NCBI GenBank assembly: GCA_964057225.1
Contig: OZ059900.1
Coordinates: 1,612,001 to 1,676,000, forward strand
Source: Auanema rhodensis
Taxonomy: Eukaryota > Animalia > Nematoda
Length of the DNA stretch: 64,000 bases
Reading direction: 5' to 3'
The number at the start of each line of letters is the position of its first letter. Positions within the stretch are counted from its first letter, which is position 1. Positions 12,500 to 27,790 of the stretch are shown piece after piece. The position numbers and the translations under genes were made by a program. The notes under the pieces were generated by a model. It searched no databases. It was not told where the DNA came from and saw only the letters and a program-made list of their open reading frames with translations.

Positions 12500-14585
12500 T
12501 ACTACACTAAGTATGGTCGTTTTTATGCCTTTAACACCATATACTCACCGATTTTTGGTACAAAATCTGTGATACTCGTAAATTTTGATCATATTCGGTG
12601 AGATTCGAGAATCAAACACACAATACACGAAATAAGTTTATTTTTACGAGTTTGCACTGATATTTATTCATTTTGATCAAAAAAGGTCGAAAATAGAAAG
12701 AATTTTTGAAATTTCCGAGTTTTGAGTCTAATTTGGCTAAATCGCTCATATACATGATCAGAAGCATAGTTTTATTGTCTATGACAACAAAAGTCATCAA
12801 TTAAACGCTAGTGATGTTTAAATACTGATTTTCGCTCAAATAGCATTACTACACTAAGTATGGTCGTTTTTATGCCTTTAACACCATATACTCACCGATT
12901 TTTGGTACAAAATCTGTAATACTCGTAAATTTTGATCATATTCGTTAAGATTTGAAAATCAAACACACAATAAACAAAATCAGTCTATTTTTATGAGTTT
13001 GCACTGATATATATTCATTTTGATCAAAAAAGGTCGAAAATAGAAAGAATTTTCGAATTTTCCGAGTTTTGAGTCTAATTTGGCTAAATCGCTCATATAT
13101 ATGATCAGAAGCATAGTTTTATTGTATATGACAACAAAAGTCATTAGTTAAACACTAATGATGTTTAAATCACTAAATTTCGCTCAAATAGCATTACTAC
13201 ACTAAGTATGGTCGTTTTTATGCCTTTAACACCATATACTCACCGATTTTTGGTACAAAATCTGTGATACTCGTAAATTTTGATCATATTCGGTGAGATT
13301 CGAGAATCAAACACACAATACACGAAATAAGTCTATTTTTATGAGTTTGCACTGATATTTATTCATTTTGATCAAAAAAGGTCGAAAATAGAAAGAATTT
13401 TTGAATTTTCCGAGTTTTGAGTCCAATTGGGCTAAATCGCTCATATATATGATCAAAAGCATAGTTTTACTGTCTATGATAACAAAAGTCTTCAAATATA
13501 CACTAATAATGATTTAATCACTGAATTTCACTCAAATAGCAATACTACACTAAGTATGGTCGTTTTTATGCCTTTAACACCATATACTCACCGATTTTTG
13601 GTACAAAATCTGTGATACTCGTAAATTCTGATCATATTCGGTGAGATTCGAGAATCAAACACACAATACACGAAATAAGTTTATTTTTACGAGTTTGCAC
13701 TGATATTTATTCATTTTGATCAAAAAAGGTCGAAAATAGAAAGAATTTTTGAAATTTCCGAGTTTTGAGTCTAATTTGGCTAAATCGCTCATATACATGA
13801 TCAGAAGCATAGTTTTATTGTCTATGACAACAAAAGTCATCAATTAAACGCTAGTGATGTTTAAATACTGATTTTCGCTCAAATAGCATTACTACACTAA
13901 GTATGGTCGTTTTTATGCCTTTAACACCATATACTCACCGATTTTTGGTACAAAATCTGTAATACTCGTAAATTTTGATCATATTCGTTAAGATTTGAAA
14001 ATCAAACACACAATAAACAAAATCAGTCTATTTTTATGAGTTTGCACTGATATATATTCATTTTGATCAAAAAAGGTCGAAAATAGAAAGAATTTTCGAA
14101 TTTTCCGAGTTTTGAGTCTAATTTGGCTAAATCGCTCATATATATGATCAGAAGCATAGTTTTATTGTATATGACAACAAAAGTCATTAGTTAAACACTA
14201 ATGATGTTTAAATCACTAAATTTCGCTCAAATAGCATTACTACACTAAGTATGGTCGTTTTTATGCCTTTAACACCATATACTCACCGATTTTTGGTACA
14301 AAATCTGTGATACTCGTAAATTTTGATCATATTCGGTGAGATTTGAGAATCAAACACACAATACACGAAATAAGTCTATTTTTATGAGTTTGCACTGATA
14401 TTTATTCATTTTGATCAAAAAAGGTCGAAAATAGAAAGAATTTTTGAATTTTCCGAGTTTTGAGTCCAATTGGGCTAAATCGCTCATATATATGATCAAA
14501 AGCATAGTTTTACTGTCTATGATAACAAAAGTCTTCAAATATACACTAATAATGATTTAATCACTGAATTTCACTCAAATAGCAA
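12500..14585. repeat. Tandem trimer HOR (1043 bp x2)
   Basis: ORFs 12612/13307 map to 13655/14350 (+1043). Shared variants GTATATGAC, CATTAGTTAAACAC, GAGTCCAATTGGG and AGCAATAC occur in the same order. Confidence 0.88.
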
Positions 14586-17500
14586 TACTACACTAAGTAT
14601 GGTCGTTTTTATGCCTTTAACACCATATACTCACCGATTTTTGGTACAAAATCTGTAATACTCGTAAATTCTGATCATATTCGGTGAGATTCGAGAATCA
14701 AACACACAATACACGAAATAAGTTTATTTTTACGAGTTTGCACTGATATTTATTCATTTTGATCAAAAAAGGTCGAAAATAGAAAGAATTTTTGAAATTT
14801 CCGAGTTTTGAGTCTAATTTGGCTAAATCGCTCATATATATGATCAAAAGCATAGTTTTATTGTCTATGACAACAAAAGTCATCAATTAAACGCTAGTGA
14901 TGTTTAAATACTGAATTTCGCTCAAATAGCATTACTACACTAAGTATGGTCGTTTTTATGCCTTTAACACCATATACTCACCGATTTTTGGTACAAAATC
15001 TGTAATACTCGTAAATTTTGATCATATTCGTTAAGATTTGAGAATCAAACATACAATACACAAAATCAGTCTATTTTTATGGGCTTGCACTGATATATAT
15101 TCATTTTGATCAAAAAAGGTCGAAAATAGAAAGAATTTTTGAAATTTACGAGTTTTGAATCTAATTTGGCTAAATCGCTCATATATATGATCAAAAGCAT
15201 AGTTTTACTGTCTATGATAACAAAAGTCTTCAAATATACACTAATAATGATTAAATCACTGAATTTCACTCAAATAGCATTACTACACTAAGTATGGTCG
15301 TTTTTATGCCTTTAACACCATATACTCACCGATTTTTGGTACAAAATCTGTGATACTCGTAAATTTTGATCATATCCGGTGAGATTCGAGAATCAAACAC
15401 ACAATACACGAAATAAGTTTATTTTTACGAGTTTGCACTGATATTTATTCATTTTGATCAAAAAAGGTCGAAAATAGAAAGAATTTTTGAAATTTCCGAG
15501 TTTTGAGTCTAATTTGGCTAAATCGCTCATATACATGATCAGAAGCATAGTTTTATTGTCTATGACAACAAAAGTCATCAATTAAACGCTAGTGATGTTT
15601 AAATACTGATTTTCGCTCAAATAGCATTACTACACTAAGTATGGTCGTTTTTATGCCTTTAACACCATATACTCACCGATTTTTGGTACAAAATCTGTAA
15701 TACTCGTAAATTTTGATCATATTCGTTAAGATTTGAAAATCAAACACACAATAAACAAAATCAGTCTATTTTTATGAGTTTGCACTGATATATATTCATT
15801 TTGATCAAAAAAGGTCGAAAATAGAAAGAATTTTCGAATTTTCCGAGTTTTGAGTCTAATTTGGCTAAATCGCTCATATATATGATCAGAAGCATAGTTT
15901 TATTGTATATGACAACAAAAGTCATTAGTTAAACACTAATGATGTTTAAATCACTAAATTTCGCTCAAATAGCATTACTACACTAAGTATGGTCGTTTTT
16001 ATGCCTTTAACACCATAAACTCACCGATTTTTGGTACAAAATCTGTGATACTCGTAAATTTTGATCATATTCGGTGAGATTCGAGAATCAAACACACAAT
16101 ACACGAAATAAGTCTATTTTTATGAGTTTGCACTGATATTTATTCATTTTGATCAAAAAAGGTCGAAAATAGAAAGAATTTTTGAATTTTCCGAGTTTTG
16201 AGTCCAATTGGGCTAAATCGCTCATATATATGATCAAAAGCATAGTTTTATTGTCTATGACAACAAAAGTCATCAATTAAACGCTAGTGATGTTTAAATA
16301 CTGAATTTCGCTCAAATAGCATTACTACACTAAGTATGGTCGTTTTTATGCCTTTAACACCATATACTCACCGATTTTTGGTACAAAATCTGTGATACTC
16401 GTAAATTTTGATCATATTCGGTGAGATTCGAGGATCGAACACACAATACACGAAATAAGTTTATTTTGACGAGTTTGCACTGATATTTATTCATTTTGAT
16501 CAAAAAAGGTCGAAAATAGAAAGAATTTTTGAAATTTCCGAGTTTTGAGTCTAATTTGGCTAAATCGCTCATATATATGATCAAAAGCATAGTTTTACTG
16601 TCTATGATAACAAAAGTCTTCAAATATACACTAATAATGATTTAATCACTGAATTTCACTCAAATAGCATTACTACACTAAGTATGGTCGTTTTTATGCC
16701 TTTAACACCATATACTCACCGATTTTTGGTACAAAATCTGTGATACTCGTAAATTCTGATCATATTTGGTGAGATTCGAGAATCAAACACACAATACACG
16801 AAATAAGTTTATTTTTACGAGTTTGCACTGATATTTATTCATTTTGATCAAAAAAGGTCGAAAATAGAAAGAATTTTTGAAATTTCCGAGTTTTGAGTCT
16901 AATTTGGCTAAATCGCTCATATATATGATCAAAAGCATAGTTTTACTGTCTATGATAACAAAAGTCTTCAAATATACACTAATAATGTGTAAATCACTGA
17001 ATTTCACTCAAATAGCATTACTACACTAAGTATGGTCGTTTTTATGCCTTTAACACCATATACTCACCGATTTTTGGTACAAAATCTGTGATACTCGTAA
17101 ATTTTGATCATATTCGGTGAGATTCGAGAATCAAACACACAATACACGAAATAAGTTTATTTTTACGAGTTTGCACTGATATTTATTCATTTTGATCAAA
17201 AAAGGTCGAAAATAGAAAGAATTTTTGAAATTTCCGAGTTTTGAGTCTAATTTGGCTAAATCGCTCATATATATGATCAAAAGCATAGTTTTATTGTCTA
17301 TGACAACAAAAGTCATCAATTAAACGCTAGTGATGTTTAAATACTGAATTTCGCTCAAATAGCATTACTACACTAAGTATGGTCGTTTTTATGCCTTTAA
17401 CACCATATACTCACCGATTTTTGGTACAAAATCTGTAATACTCGTAAATTTTGATCATATTCGTTAAGATTTGAGAATCAAACATACAATACACAAAATC

Positions 17501-18899
17501 AGTCTATTTTTATGAGCTTGCACTGATATATATTCATTTTGATCAAAAAAGGTCGAAAATAGAAAGAATTTTTGAAATTTACGAGTTTTGAGTCTAATTT
17601 GGCTAAATCGCTCATATATATGATCAGAAGCATAGTTTTATTGTCTATGACAACGAAAGTCATTAATTAAACACTAATGATGTTTAAATCACTAAATTTC
17701 GCTCAAATAGCATTACCACACTAAGTATGGTCGTTTTTATGCCTTTAACACCATATACTCACCGATTTTTGGTACAAAATCTGTGATACTCGTAAATTTT
17801 GATCATATTCGTTAAGATTCGAAAATCAAACACACAATAAACAAAATCAGTCTATTTTTATGAGTTTGCACTGATATATATTCATTTTGATCAAAAAAGG
17901 TCGAAAATAGAAAGAATTTTCGAATTTTCCGAGTTTTGAGTCTAATTTGGCTAAATCGCTCATATACATGATCAGAAGCATAGTTTTATTGTCTATGACA
18001 ACAAAAGTCATCAATTAAACGCTAGTGATGTTTAAATACTGATTTTCGCTCAAATAGCATTACTACACTAAGTATGGTCGTTTTTATGCCTTTAACACCA
18101 TATACTCACCGATTTTTGGTACAAAATCTGTAATACTTGTAAATTTTGATCATATTCGTTAAGATTCGAGAATCAAACACACAATACACGAAATAAGTTT
18201 ATTTTTACGAGTTTGCACTGATATTTATTCATTTTGATCAAAAAAGGTCGAAAATAGAAAGAATTTTTGAAATTTCCGAGTTTTGAGTCTAATTTGGCTA
18301 AATCGCTCATATACATGATCAGAAGCATAGTTTTATTGTCTATGACAACAAAAGTCATCAATTAAACGCTAGTGATGTTTAAATACTGAATTTCGCTCAA
18401 ATAGCATTACTACACTAAGTATGGTCGTTTTTATGCCTTTAACACCATATACTCACCGATTTTTGGTACAAAATCTGTGATACTCGTAAATTTTGATCAT
18501 ATTCGGTGAGATTCGAGGATCGAACACACAATACACGAAATAAGTTTATTTTGACGAGTTTGCACTGATATTTATTCATTTTGATCAAAAAAGGTCGAAA
18601 ATAGAAAGAATTTTTGAAATTTCCGAGTTTTGAGTCTAATTTGGCTAAATCGCTCATATATATGATCAAAAGCATAGTTTTACTGTCTATGATAACAAAA
18701 GTCTTCAAATATACACTAATAATGATTTAATCACTGAATTTCACTCAAATAGCATTACTACACTAAGTATGGTCGTTTTTACGCCTTTAACACCATATAC
18801 TCACCGATTTTTGGTACAAAATCTGTGATACTCGTAAATTCTGATCATATTTGGTGAGATTCGAGAATCAAACACACAATACACGAAATAAGTTTATTT

Positions 18900-21800
18900 T
18901 TACGAGTTTGCACTGATATTTATTCATTTTGATCAAAAAAGGTCGAAAATAGAAAGAATTTTTGAAATTTCCGAGTTTTGAGTCTAATTTGGCTAAATCG
19001 CTCATATATATGATCAAAAGCATAGTTTTACTGTCTATGATAACAAAAGTCTTCAAATATACACTAATAATGTGTAAATCACTGAATTTCACTCAAATAG
19101 CATTACTACACTAAGTATGGTCGTTTTTATGCCTTTAACACCATATACTCACCGATTTTTGGTACAAAATCTGTGATACTCGTAAATTTTGATCATATTC
19201 GGTGAGATTCGAGAATCAAACACACAATACACGAAATAAGTTTATTTTTACGAGTTTGCACTGATATTTATTCATTTTGATCAAAAAAGGTCGAAAATAG
19301 AAAGAATTTTTGAAATTTCCGAGTTTTGAGTCTAATTTGGCTAAATCGCTCATATATATGATCAAAAGCATAGTTTTATTGTCTATGACAACAAAAGTCA
19401 TCAATTAAACGCTAGTGATGTTTAAATACTGAATTTCGCTCAAATAGCATTACTACACTAAGTATGGTCGTTTTTATGCCTTTAACACCATATACTCACC
19501 GATTTTTGGTACAAAATCTGTAATACTTGTAAATTTTGATCATATTCGTTAAGATTCGAGAATCAAACACACAATACACGAAATAAGTTTATTTTTACGA
19601 GTTTGCACTGATATTTATTCATTTTGATCAAAAAAGGTCGAAAATAGAAAGAATTTTTGAAATTTCCGAGTTTTGAGTCTAATTTGGCTAAATCGCTCAT
19701 ATACATGATCAGAAGCATAGTTTTATTGTCTATGACAACAAAAGTCATCAATTAAACGCTAGTGATGTTTAAATACTGATTTTCGCTCAAATAGCATTAC
19801 TACACTAAGTATGGTCGTTTTTATGCCTTTAACACCATATACTCACCGATTTTTGGTACAAAATCTGTAATACTCGTAAATTTTGATCATATTCGTTAAG
19901 ATTTGAGAATCAAACATACAATACACAAAATCAGTCTATTTTTATGAGCTTGCACTGATATATATTCATTTTGATCAAAAAAGGTCGAAAATAGAAAGAA
20001 TTTTTGAAATTTACGAGTTTTGAGTCTAATTTGGCTAAATCGCTCATATATATGATCAGAAGCATAGTTTTATTGTCTATGACAACGAAAGTCATTAATT
20101 AAACACTAATGATGTTTAAATCACTAAATTTCGCTCAAATAGCATTACTACACTAAGTATGGTCGTTTTTATGCCTTTAACACCATATACTCACCGATTT
20201 TTGGTACAAAATCTGTGATACTCGTAAATTTTGATCATATTCGTTAAGATTCGAAAATCAAACACACAATAAACAAAATCAGTCTATTTTTATGAGTTTG
20301 CACTGATATATATTCATTTTGATCGAAAAAGGTCGAAAATAGAAAGAATTTTCGAATTTTCCGAGTTTTAAGTCTAATTTGGCTAAATCGCTCATATACA
20401 TGATCAGAAGCATAGTTTTATTGTCTATGACAACAAAAGTCATCAATTAAACGCTAGTGATGTTTAAATACTGATTTTCGCTCAAATAGCATTACTACAC
20501 TAAGTATGGTCGTTTTTATGCCTTTAACACCATATACTCACCGATTTTTGGTACAAAATCTGTGATACTCGTAAATTTTGATCATATTCGTTAAGATTCG
20601 AAAATCAAACACACAATAAACAAAATCAGTCTATTTTTACGAGTTTGCACTGATATTTATTCATTTTGATCAAAAAAGGTCGAAAATAGAAAGAATTTTT
20701 GAAATTTCCGAGTTTTGAGTCTAATTTGGCTAAATCGCTCATATATATGATCAAAAGCATAGTTTTACTGTCTATGATAACAAAAGTCTTCAAATATACA
20801 CTAATAATGTGTAAATCACTGAATTTCACTCAAATAGCATTACTACACTAAGTATGGTCGTTTTTATGCCTTTAACACCATATACTCACCGATTTTTGGT
20901 ACAAAATCTGTGATACTCGTAAATTTTGATCATATTCGGTGAGATTCGAGAATCAAACACACAATACACGAAATAAGTTTATTTTTACGAGTTTGCACTG
21001 ATATTTATTCATTTTGATCAAAAAAGGTCGAAAATAGAAAGAATTTTTGAAATTTCCGAGTTTTGAGTCTAATTTGGCTAAATCGCTCATATATATGATC
21101 AAAAGCATAGTTTTATTGTCTATGACAACAAAAGTCATCAATTAAACGCTAGTGATGTTTAAATACTGAATTTCGCTCAAATAGCATTACTACACTAAGT
21201 ATGGTCGTTTTTATGCCTTTAACACCATATACTCACCGATTTTTGGTACAAAATCTGTAATACTTGTAAATTTTGATCATATTCGTTAAGATTCGAGAAT
21301 CAAACACACAATACACGAAATAAGTTTATTTTTACGAGTTTGCACTGATATTTATTCATTTTGATCAAAAAAGGTCGAAAATAGAAAGAATTTTTGAAAT
21401 TTCCGAGTTTTGAGTCTAATTTGGCTAAATCGCTCATATACATGATCAGAAGCATAGTTTTATTGTCTATGACAACAAAAGTCATCAATTAAACGCTAGT
21501 GATGTTTAAATACTGATTTTCGCTCAAATAGCATTACTACACTAAGTATGGTCGTTTTTATGCCTTTAACACCATATACTCACCGATTTTTGGTACAAAA
21601 TCTGTAATACTCGTAAATTTTGATCATATTCGTTAAGATTTGAGAATCAAACATACAATACACAAAATCAGTCTATTTTTATGAGCTTGCACTGATATAT
21701 ATTCATTTTGATCAAAAAAGGTCGAAAATAGAAAGAATTTTTGAAATTTACGAGTTTTGAGTCTAATTTGGCTAAATCGCTCATATATATGATCAGAAGC

Positions 21801-22280
21801 ATAGTTTTATTGTCTATGACAACGAAAGTCATTAATTAAACACTAATGATGTTTAAATCACTAAATTTCGCTCAAATAGCATTACTACACTAAGTATGGT
21901 CGTTTTTATGCCTTTAACACCATATACTCACCGATTTTTGGTACAAAATCTGTGATACTCGTAAATTTTGATCATATTCGTTAAGATTCGAAAATCAAAC
22001 ACACAATAAACAAAATCAGTCTATTTTTATGAGTTTGCACTGATATATATTCATTTTGATCGAAAAAGGTCGAAAATAGAAAGAATTTTCGAATTTTCCG
22101 AGTTTTGAGTCTAATTTGGCTAAATCGCTCATATACATGATCAGAAGCATAGTTTTATTGTCTATGACAACAAAAGTCATCAATTAAACGCTAGTGATGT
22201 TTAAATACTGATTTTCGCTCAAATAGCATTACTACACTAAGTATGGTCGTTTTTATGCCTTTAACACCATATACTCACCG
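18900..22280. repeat. Near-tandem 5-mer-period duplication (offset 1737 bp)
   Basis: ORFs 19216/19563 map to 20953/21300. The rare GATCGAAAAAGG variant occurs at 20321 and 22058. Confidence 0.85.
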
Positions 22281-22576
22281 ATTTTTGGTACAAAATCTGT
22301 AATACTTGTAAATTTTGATCATATTCGTTAAGATTCGAGAATCAAACACACAATACACAAAATAAGTTTATTTTTACGAGTTTGCACTGATATTTATTCA
22401 TTTTGATCAAAAAAGGTCGAAAATAGAAAGAATTTTTGAAATTTCCGAGTTTTGAGTCTAATTTGGCTAAATCGCTCATATACATGATCAGAAGCATAGT
22501 TTTATTGTCTATGACAACAAAAGTCATCAATTAAACGCTAGTGATGTTTAAATACTGATTTTCGCTCAAATAGCAT

Positions 22577-25500
22577 TACTACACTAAGTATGGTCGTTTT
22601 TATGCCTTTAACACCATATACTCACCGATTTTTGGTACAAAATCTGTAATACTCGTAAATTTTGATCATATTCGGTGAGATTTGAGAATCAAACACACAA
22701 TACACGAAATAAGTTTATTTTTACGAGTTTGCACTGATATTTATTCATTTTGATCAAAAAAGGTCGAAAATAGAAAGAATTTTTGAAATTTCCGAGTTTT
22801 GAGTCTAATTTGGCTAAATCGCTCATATATATGATCAAAAGCATAGTTTTATTGTCTATGACAACAAAAGTCATCAATTAAACGCTAGTGATGTTTAAAT
22901 ACTGAATTTCGCTCAAATAGCATTACTACACTAAGTATGGTCGTTTTTATGCCTTTAACACCATATACTCACCGATTTTTGGTACAAAATCTGTAATACT
23001 CGTAAATTTTGATCATATTCGTTAAGATTTGAGAATCAAACATACAATACACAAAATCAGTCTATTTTTATGAGCTTGCACTGATATATATTCATTTTGA
23101 TCAAAAAAGGTCGAAAATAGAAAGAATTTTTGAAATTTACGAGTTTTGAATCTAATTTGGCTAAATCGCTCATATATATGATCAAAAGCATAGTTTTACT
23201 GTCTATGATAACAAAAGTCTTCAAATATACACTAATAATGATTAAATCACTGAATTTCACTCAAATAGCATTACTACACTAAGTATGGTCGTTTTTATGC
23301 CTTTAACACCATATACTCACCGATTTTTGGTACAAAATCTGTGATACTCGTAAATTTTGATCATATTCGGTGAGATTCGAGAATCAAACACACAATACAC
23401 GAAATAAGTTTATTTTTACGAGTTTGCACTGATATTTATTCATTTTGATCAAAAAAGGTCGAAAATAGAAAGAATTTTTGAAATTTCCGAGTTTTGAGTC
23501 TAATTTGGCTAAATCGCTCATATACATGATCAGAAGCATAGTTTTATTGTCTATGACAACAAAAGTCATCAATTAAACGCTAGTGATGTTTAAATACTGA
23601 TTTTCGCTCAAATAGCATTACTACACTAAGTATGGTCGTTTTTATGCCTTTAACACCATATACTCACCGATTTTTGGTACAAAATCTGTAATACTCGTAA
23701 ATTTTGATCATATTCGTTAAGATTTGAAAATCAAACACACAATACACGAAATAAGTTTATTTTTACGAGTTTGCACTGATATTTATTCATTTTGATCAAA
23801 AAAGGTCGAAAATAGAAAGAATTTTTGAAATTTCCGAGTTTTGAGTCTAATTTGGCTAAATCGCTCATATACATGATCAGAAGCATAGTTTTATTGTCTA
23901 TGACAACAAAAGTCATCAATTAAACGCTAGTGATGTTTAAATCACTAAATTTCGCTCAAATAGCATTACTACACTAAGTATGGTCGTTTTTATGCCTTTA
24001 ACACCATATACTCACCGATTTTTGGTACAAAATCTGTGATACTCGTAAATTTTGATCATATTCGGTGAGATTCGAGAATCAAACACACAATACACGAAAT
24101 AAGTCTATTTTTATGAGTTTGCACTGATATTTATTCATTTTGATCAAAAAACGTCGAAAATAGAAAGAATTTTTGAATTTTCCGAGTTTTGAGTCCAATT
24201 GGGCTAAATCGCTCATATATATGATCAAAAGCATAGTTTTACTGTCTATGATAACAAAAGTCTTCAAATATACACTAATAATGATTTAATCACTGAATTT
24301 CACTCAAATAGCAATACTACACTAAGTATGGTCGTTTTTATGCCTTTAACACCATATACTCACCGATTTTTGGTACAAAATCTGTGATACTCGTAAATTC
24401 TGATCATATTCGGTGAGATTCGAGAATCAAACACACAATACACGAAATAAGTTTATTTTTACGAGTTTGCACTGATATTTATTCATTTTGATCAAAAAAG
24501 GTCGAAAATAGAAAGAATTTTTGAAATTTCCGAGTTTTGAGTCTAATTTGGCTAAATCGCTCATATATATGATCAAAAGCATAGTTTTACTGTCTATGAT
24601 AACAAAAGTCTTCAAATATACACTAATAATGTGTAAATCACTGAATTTCACTCAAATAGCATTACTACACTAAGTATGGTCGTTTTTATGCCTTTAACAC
24701 CATATACTCACCGATTTTTGGTACAAAATCTGTGATACTCGTAAATTTTGATCATATTCGGTGAGATTCGAGAATCAAACACACAATACACGAAATAAGT
24801 TTATTTTTACGAGTTTGCACTGATATTTATTCATTTTGATCAAAAAAGGTCGAAAATAGAAAGAATTTTTGAAATTTCCGAGTTTTGAGTCTAATTTGGC
24901 TAAATCGCTCATATATATGATCAAAAGCATAGTTTTATTGTCTATGACAACAAAAGTCATCAATTAAACGCTAGTGATGTTTAAATACTGAATTTCGCTC
25001 AAATAGCATTACTACACTAAGTATGGTCGTTTTTATGCCTTTAACACCATATACTCACCGATTTTTGGTACAAAATCTGTAATACTCGTAAATTTTGATC
25101 ATATTCGTTAAGATTTGAGAATCAAACATACAATACACAAAATCAGTCTATTTTTATGAGCTTGCACTGATATATATTCATTTTGATCAAAAAAGGTCGA
25201 AAATAGAAAGAATTTTTGAAATTTACGAGTTTTGAATCTAATTTGGCTAAATCGCTCATATATATGATCAAAAGCATAGTTTTACTGTCTATGATAACAA
25301 AAGTCTTCAAATATACACTAATAATGATTAAATCACTGAATTTCACTCAAATAGCATTACTACACTAAGTATGGTCGTTTTTATGCCTTTAACACCATAT
25401 ACTCACCGATTTTTGGTACAAAATCTGTGATACTCGTAAATTTTGATCATATTCGGTGAGATTCGAGAATCAAACACACAATACACGAAATAAGTTTATT

Positions 25501-27790
25501 TTTACGAGTTTGCACTGATATTTATTCATTTTGATCAAAAAAGGTCGAAAATAGAAAGAATTTTTGAAATTTCCGAGTTTTGAGTCTAATTTGGCTAAAT
25601 CGCTCATATACATGATCAGAAGCATAGTTTTATTGTCTATGACAACAAAAGTCATCAATTAAACGCTAGTGATGTTTAAATACTGATTTTCGCTCAAATA
25701 GCATTACTACACTAAGTATGGTCGTTTTTATGCCTTTAACACCATATACTCACCGATTTTTGGTACAAAATCTGTGATACTCGTAAATTTTGATCATATT
25801 CGGTGAGATTCGAGAATCAAACACACAATACACGAAATAAGTTTATTTTTACGAGTTTGCACTGATATTTATTCATTTTGATCAAAAAAGGTCGAAAATA
25901 GAAAGAATTTTTGAAATTTCCGAGTTTTGAGTCTAATTTGGCTAAATCGCTCATATACATGATCAGAAGCATAGTTTTATTGTCTATGACAACAAAAGTC
26001 ATCAATTAAACGCTAGTGATGTTTAAATCACTAAATTTCGCTCAAATAGCATTACTACACTAAGTATGGTCGTTTTTATGCCTTTAACACCATATACTCA
26101 CCGATTTTTGGTACAAAATCTGTGATACTCGTAAATTTTGATCATATTCGGTGAGATTCGAGAATCAAACACACAATACACGAAATAAGTCTATTTTTAT
26201 GAGTTTGCACTGATATTTATTCATTTTGATCAAAAAACGTCGAAAATAGAAAGAATTTTTGAATTTTCCGAGTTTTGAGTCCAATTGGGCTAAATCGCTC
26301 ATATATATGATCAAAAGCATAGTTTTACTGTCTATGATAACAAAAGTCTTCAAATATACACTAATAATGATTTAATCACTGAATTTCACTCAAATAGCAA
26401 TACTACACTAAGTATGGTCGTTTTTATGCCTTTAACACCATATACTCACCGATTTTTGGTACAAAATCTGTGATACTCGTAAATTCTGATCATATTCGGT
26501 GAGATTCGAGAATCAAACACACAATACACGAAATAAGTTTATTTTTACGAGTTTGCACTGATATTTATTCATTTTGATCAAAAAAGGTCGAAAATAGAAA
26601 GAATTTTTGAAATTTCCGAGTTTTGAGTCTAATTTGGCTAAATCGCTCATATATATGATCAAAAGCATAGTTTTACTGTCTATGATAACAAAAGTCTTCA
26701 AATATACACTAATAATGTGTAAATCACTGAATTTCACTCAAATAGCATTACTACACTAAGTATGGTCGTTTTTATGCCTTTAACACCATATACTCACCGA
26801 TTTTTGGTACAAAATCTGTGATACTCGTAAATTTTGATCATATTCGGTGAGATTCGAGAATCAAACACACAATACACGAAATAAGTTTATTTTTACGAGT
26901 TTGCACTGATATTTATTCATTTTGATCAAAAAAGGTCGAAAATAGAAAGAATTTTTGAAATTTCCGAGTTTTGAGTCTAATTTGGCTAAATCGCTCATAT
27001 ATATGATCAAAAGCATAGTTTTATTGTCTATGACAACAAAAGTCATCAATTAAACGCTAGTGATGTTTAAATACTGAATTTCGCTCAAATAGCATTACTA
27101 CACTAAGTATGGTCGTTTTTATGCCTTTAACACCATATACTCACCGATTTTTGGTACAAAATCTGTAATACTCGTAAATTTTGATCATATTCGTTAAGAT
27201 TTGAGAATCAAACATACAATACACAAAATCAGTCTATTTTTATGAGCTTGCACTGATATATATTCATTTTGATCAAAAAAGGTCGAAAATAGAAAGAATT
27301 TTTGAAATTTACGAGTTTTGAATCTAATTTGGCTAAATCGCTCATATATATGATCAAAAGCATAGTTTTACTGTCTATGATAACAAAAGTCTTCAAATAT
27401 ACACTAATAATGATTAAATCACTGAATTTCACTCAAATAGCATTACTACACTAAGTATGGTCGTTTTTATGCCTTTAACACCATATACTCACCGATTTTT
27501 GGTACAAAATCTGTGATACTCGTAAATTTTGATCATATTCGGTGAGATTCGAGAATCAAACACACAATACACGAAATAAGTTTATTTTTACGAGTTTGCA
27601 CTGATATTTATTCATTTTGATCAAAAAAGGTCGAAAATAGAAAGAATTTTTGAAATTTCCGAGTTTTGAGTCTAATTTGGCTAAATCGCTCATATACATG
27701 ATCAGAAGCATAGTTTTATTGTCTATGACAACAAAAGTCATCAATTAAACGCTAGTGATGTTTAAATACTGATTTTCGCTCAAATAGCAT
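22577..27790. repeat. Hexamer HOR (2086 bp), ~2.5 tandem copies
   Basis: ORFs 22689, 24775 and 26861 are each +2086 apart. The diagnostic AAAAAACGTCG variant (FRRF in the ORF track) occurs at ~24150 and ~26236. Confidence 0.9.
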
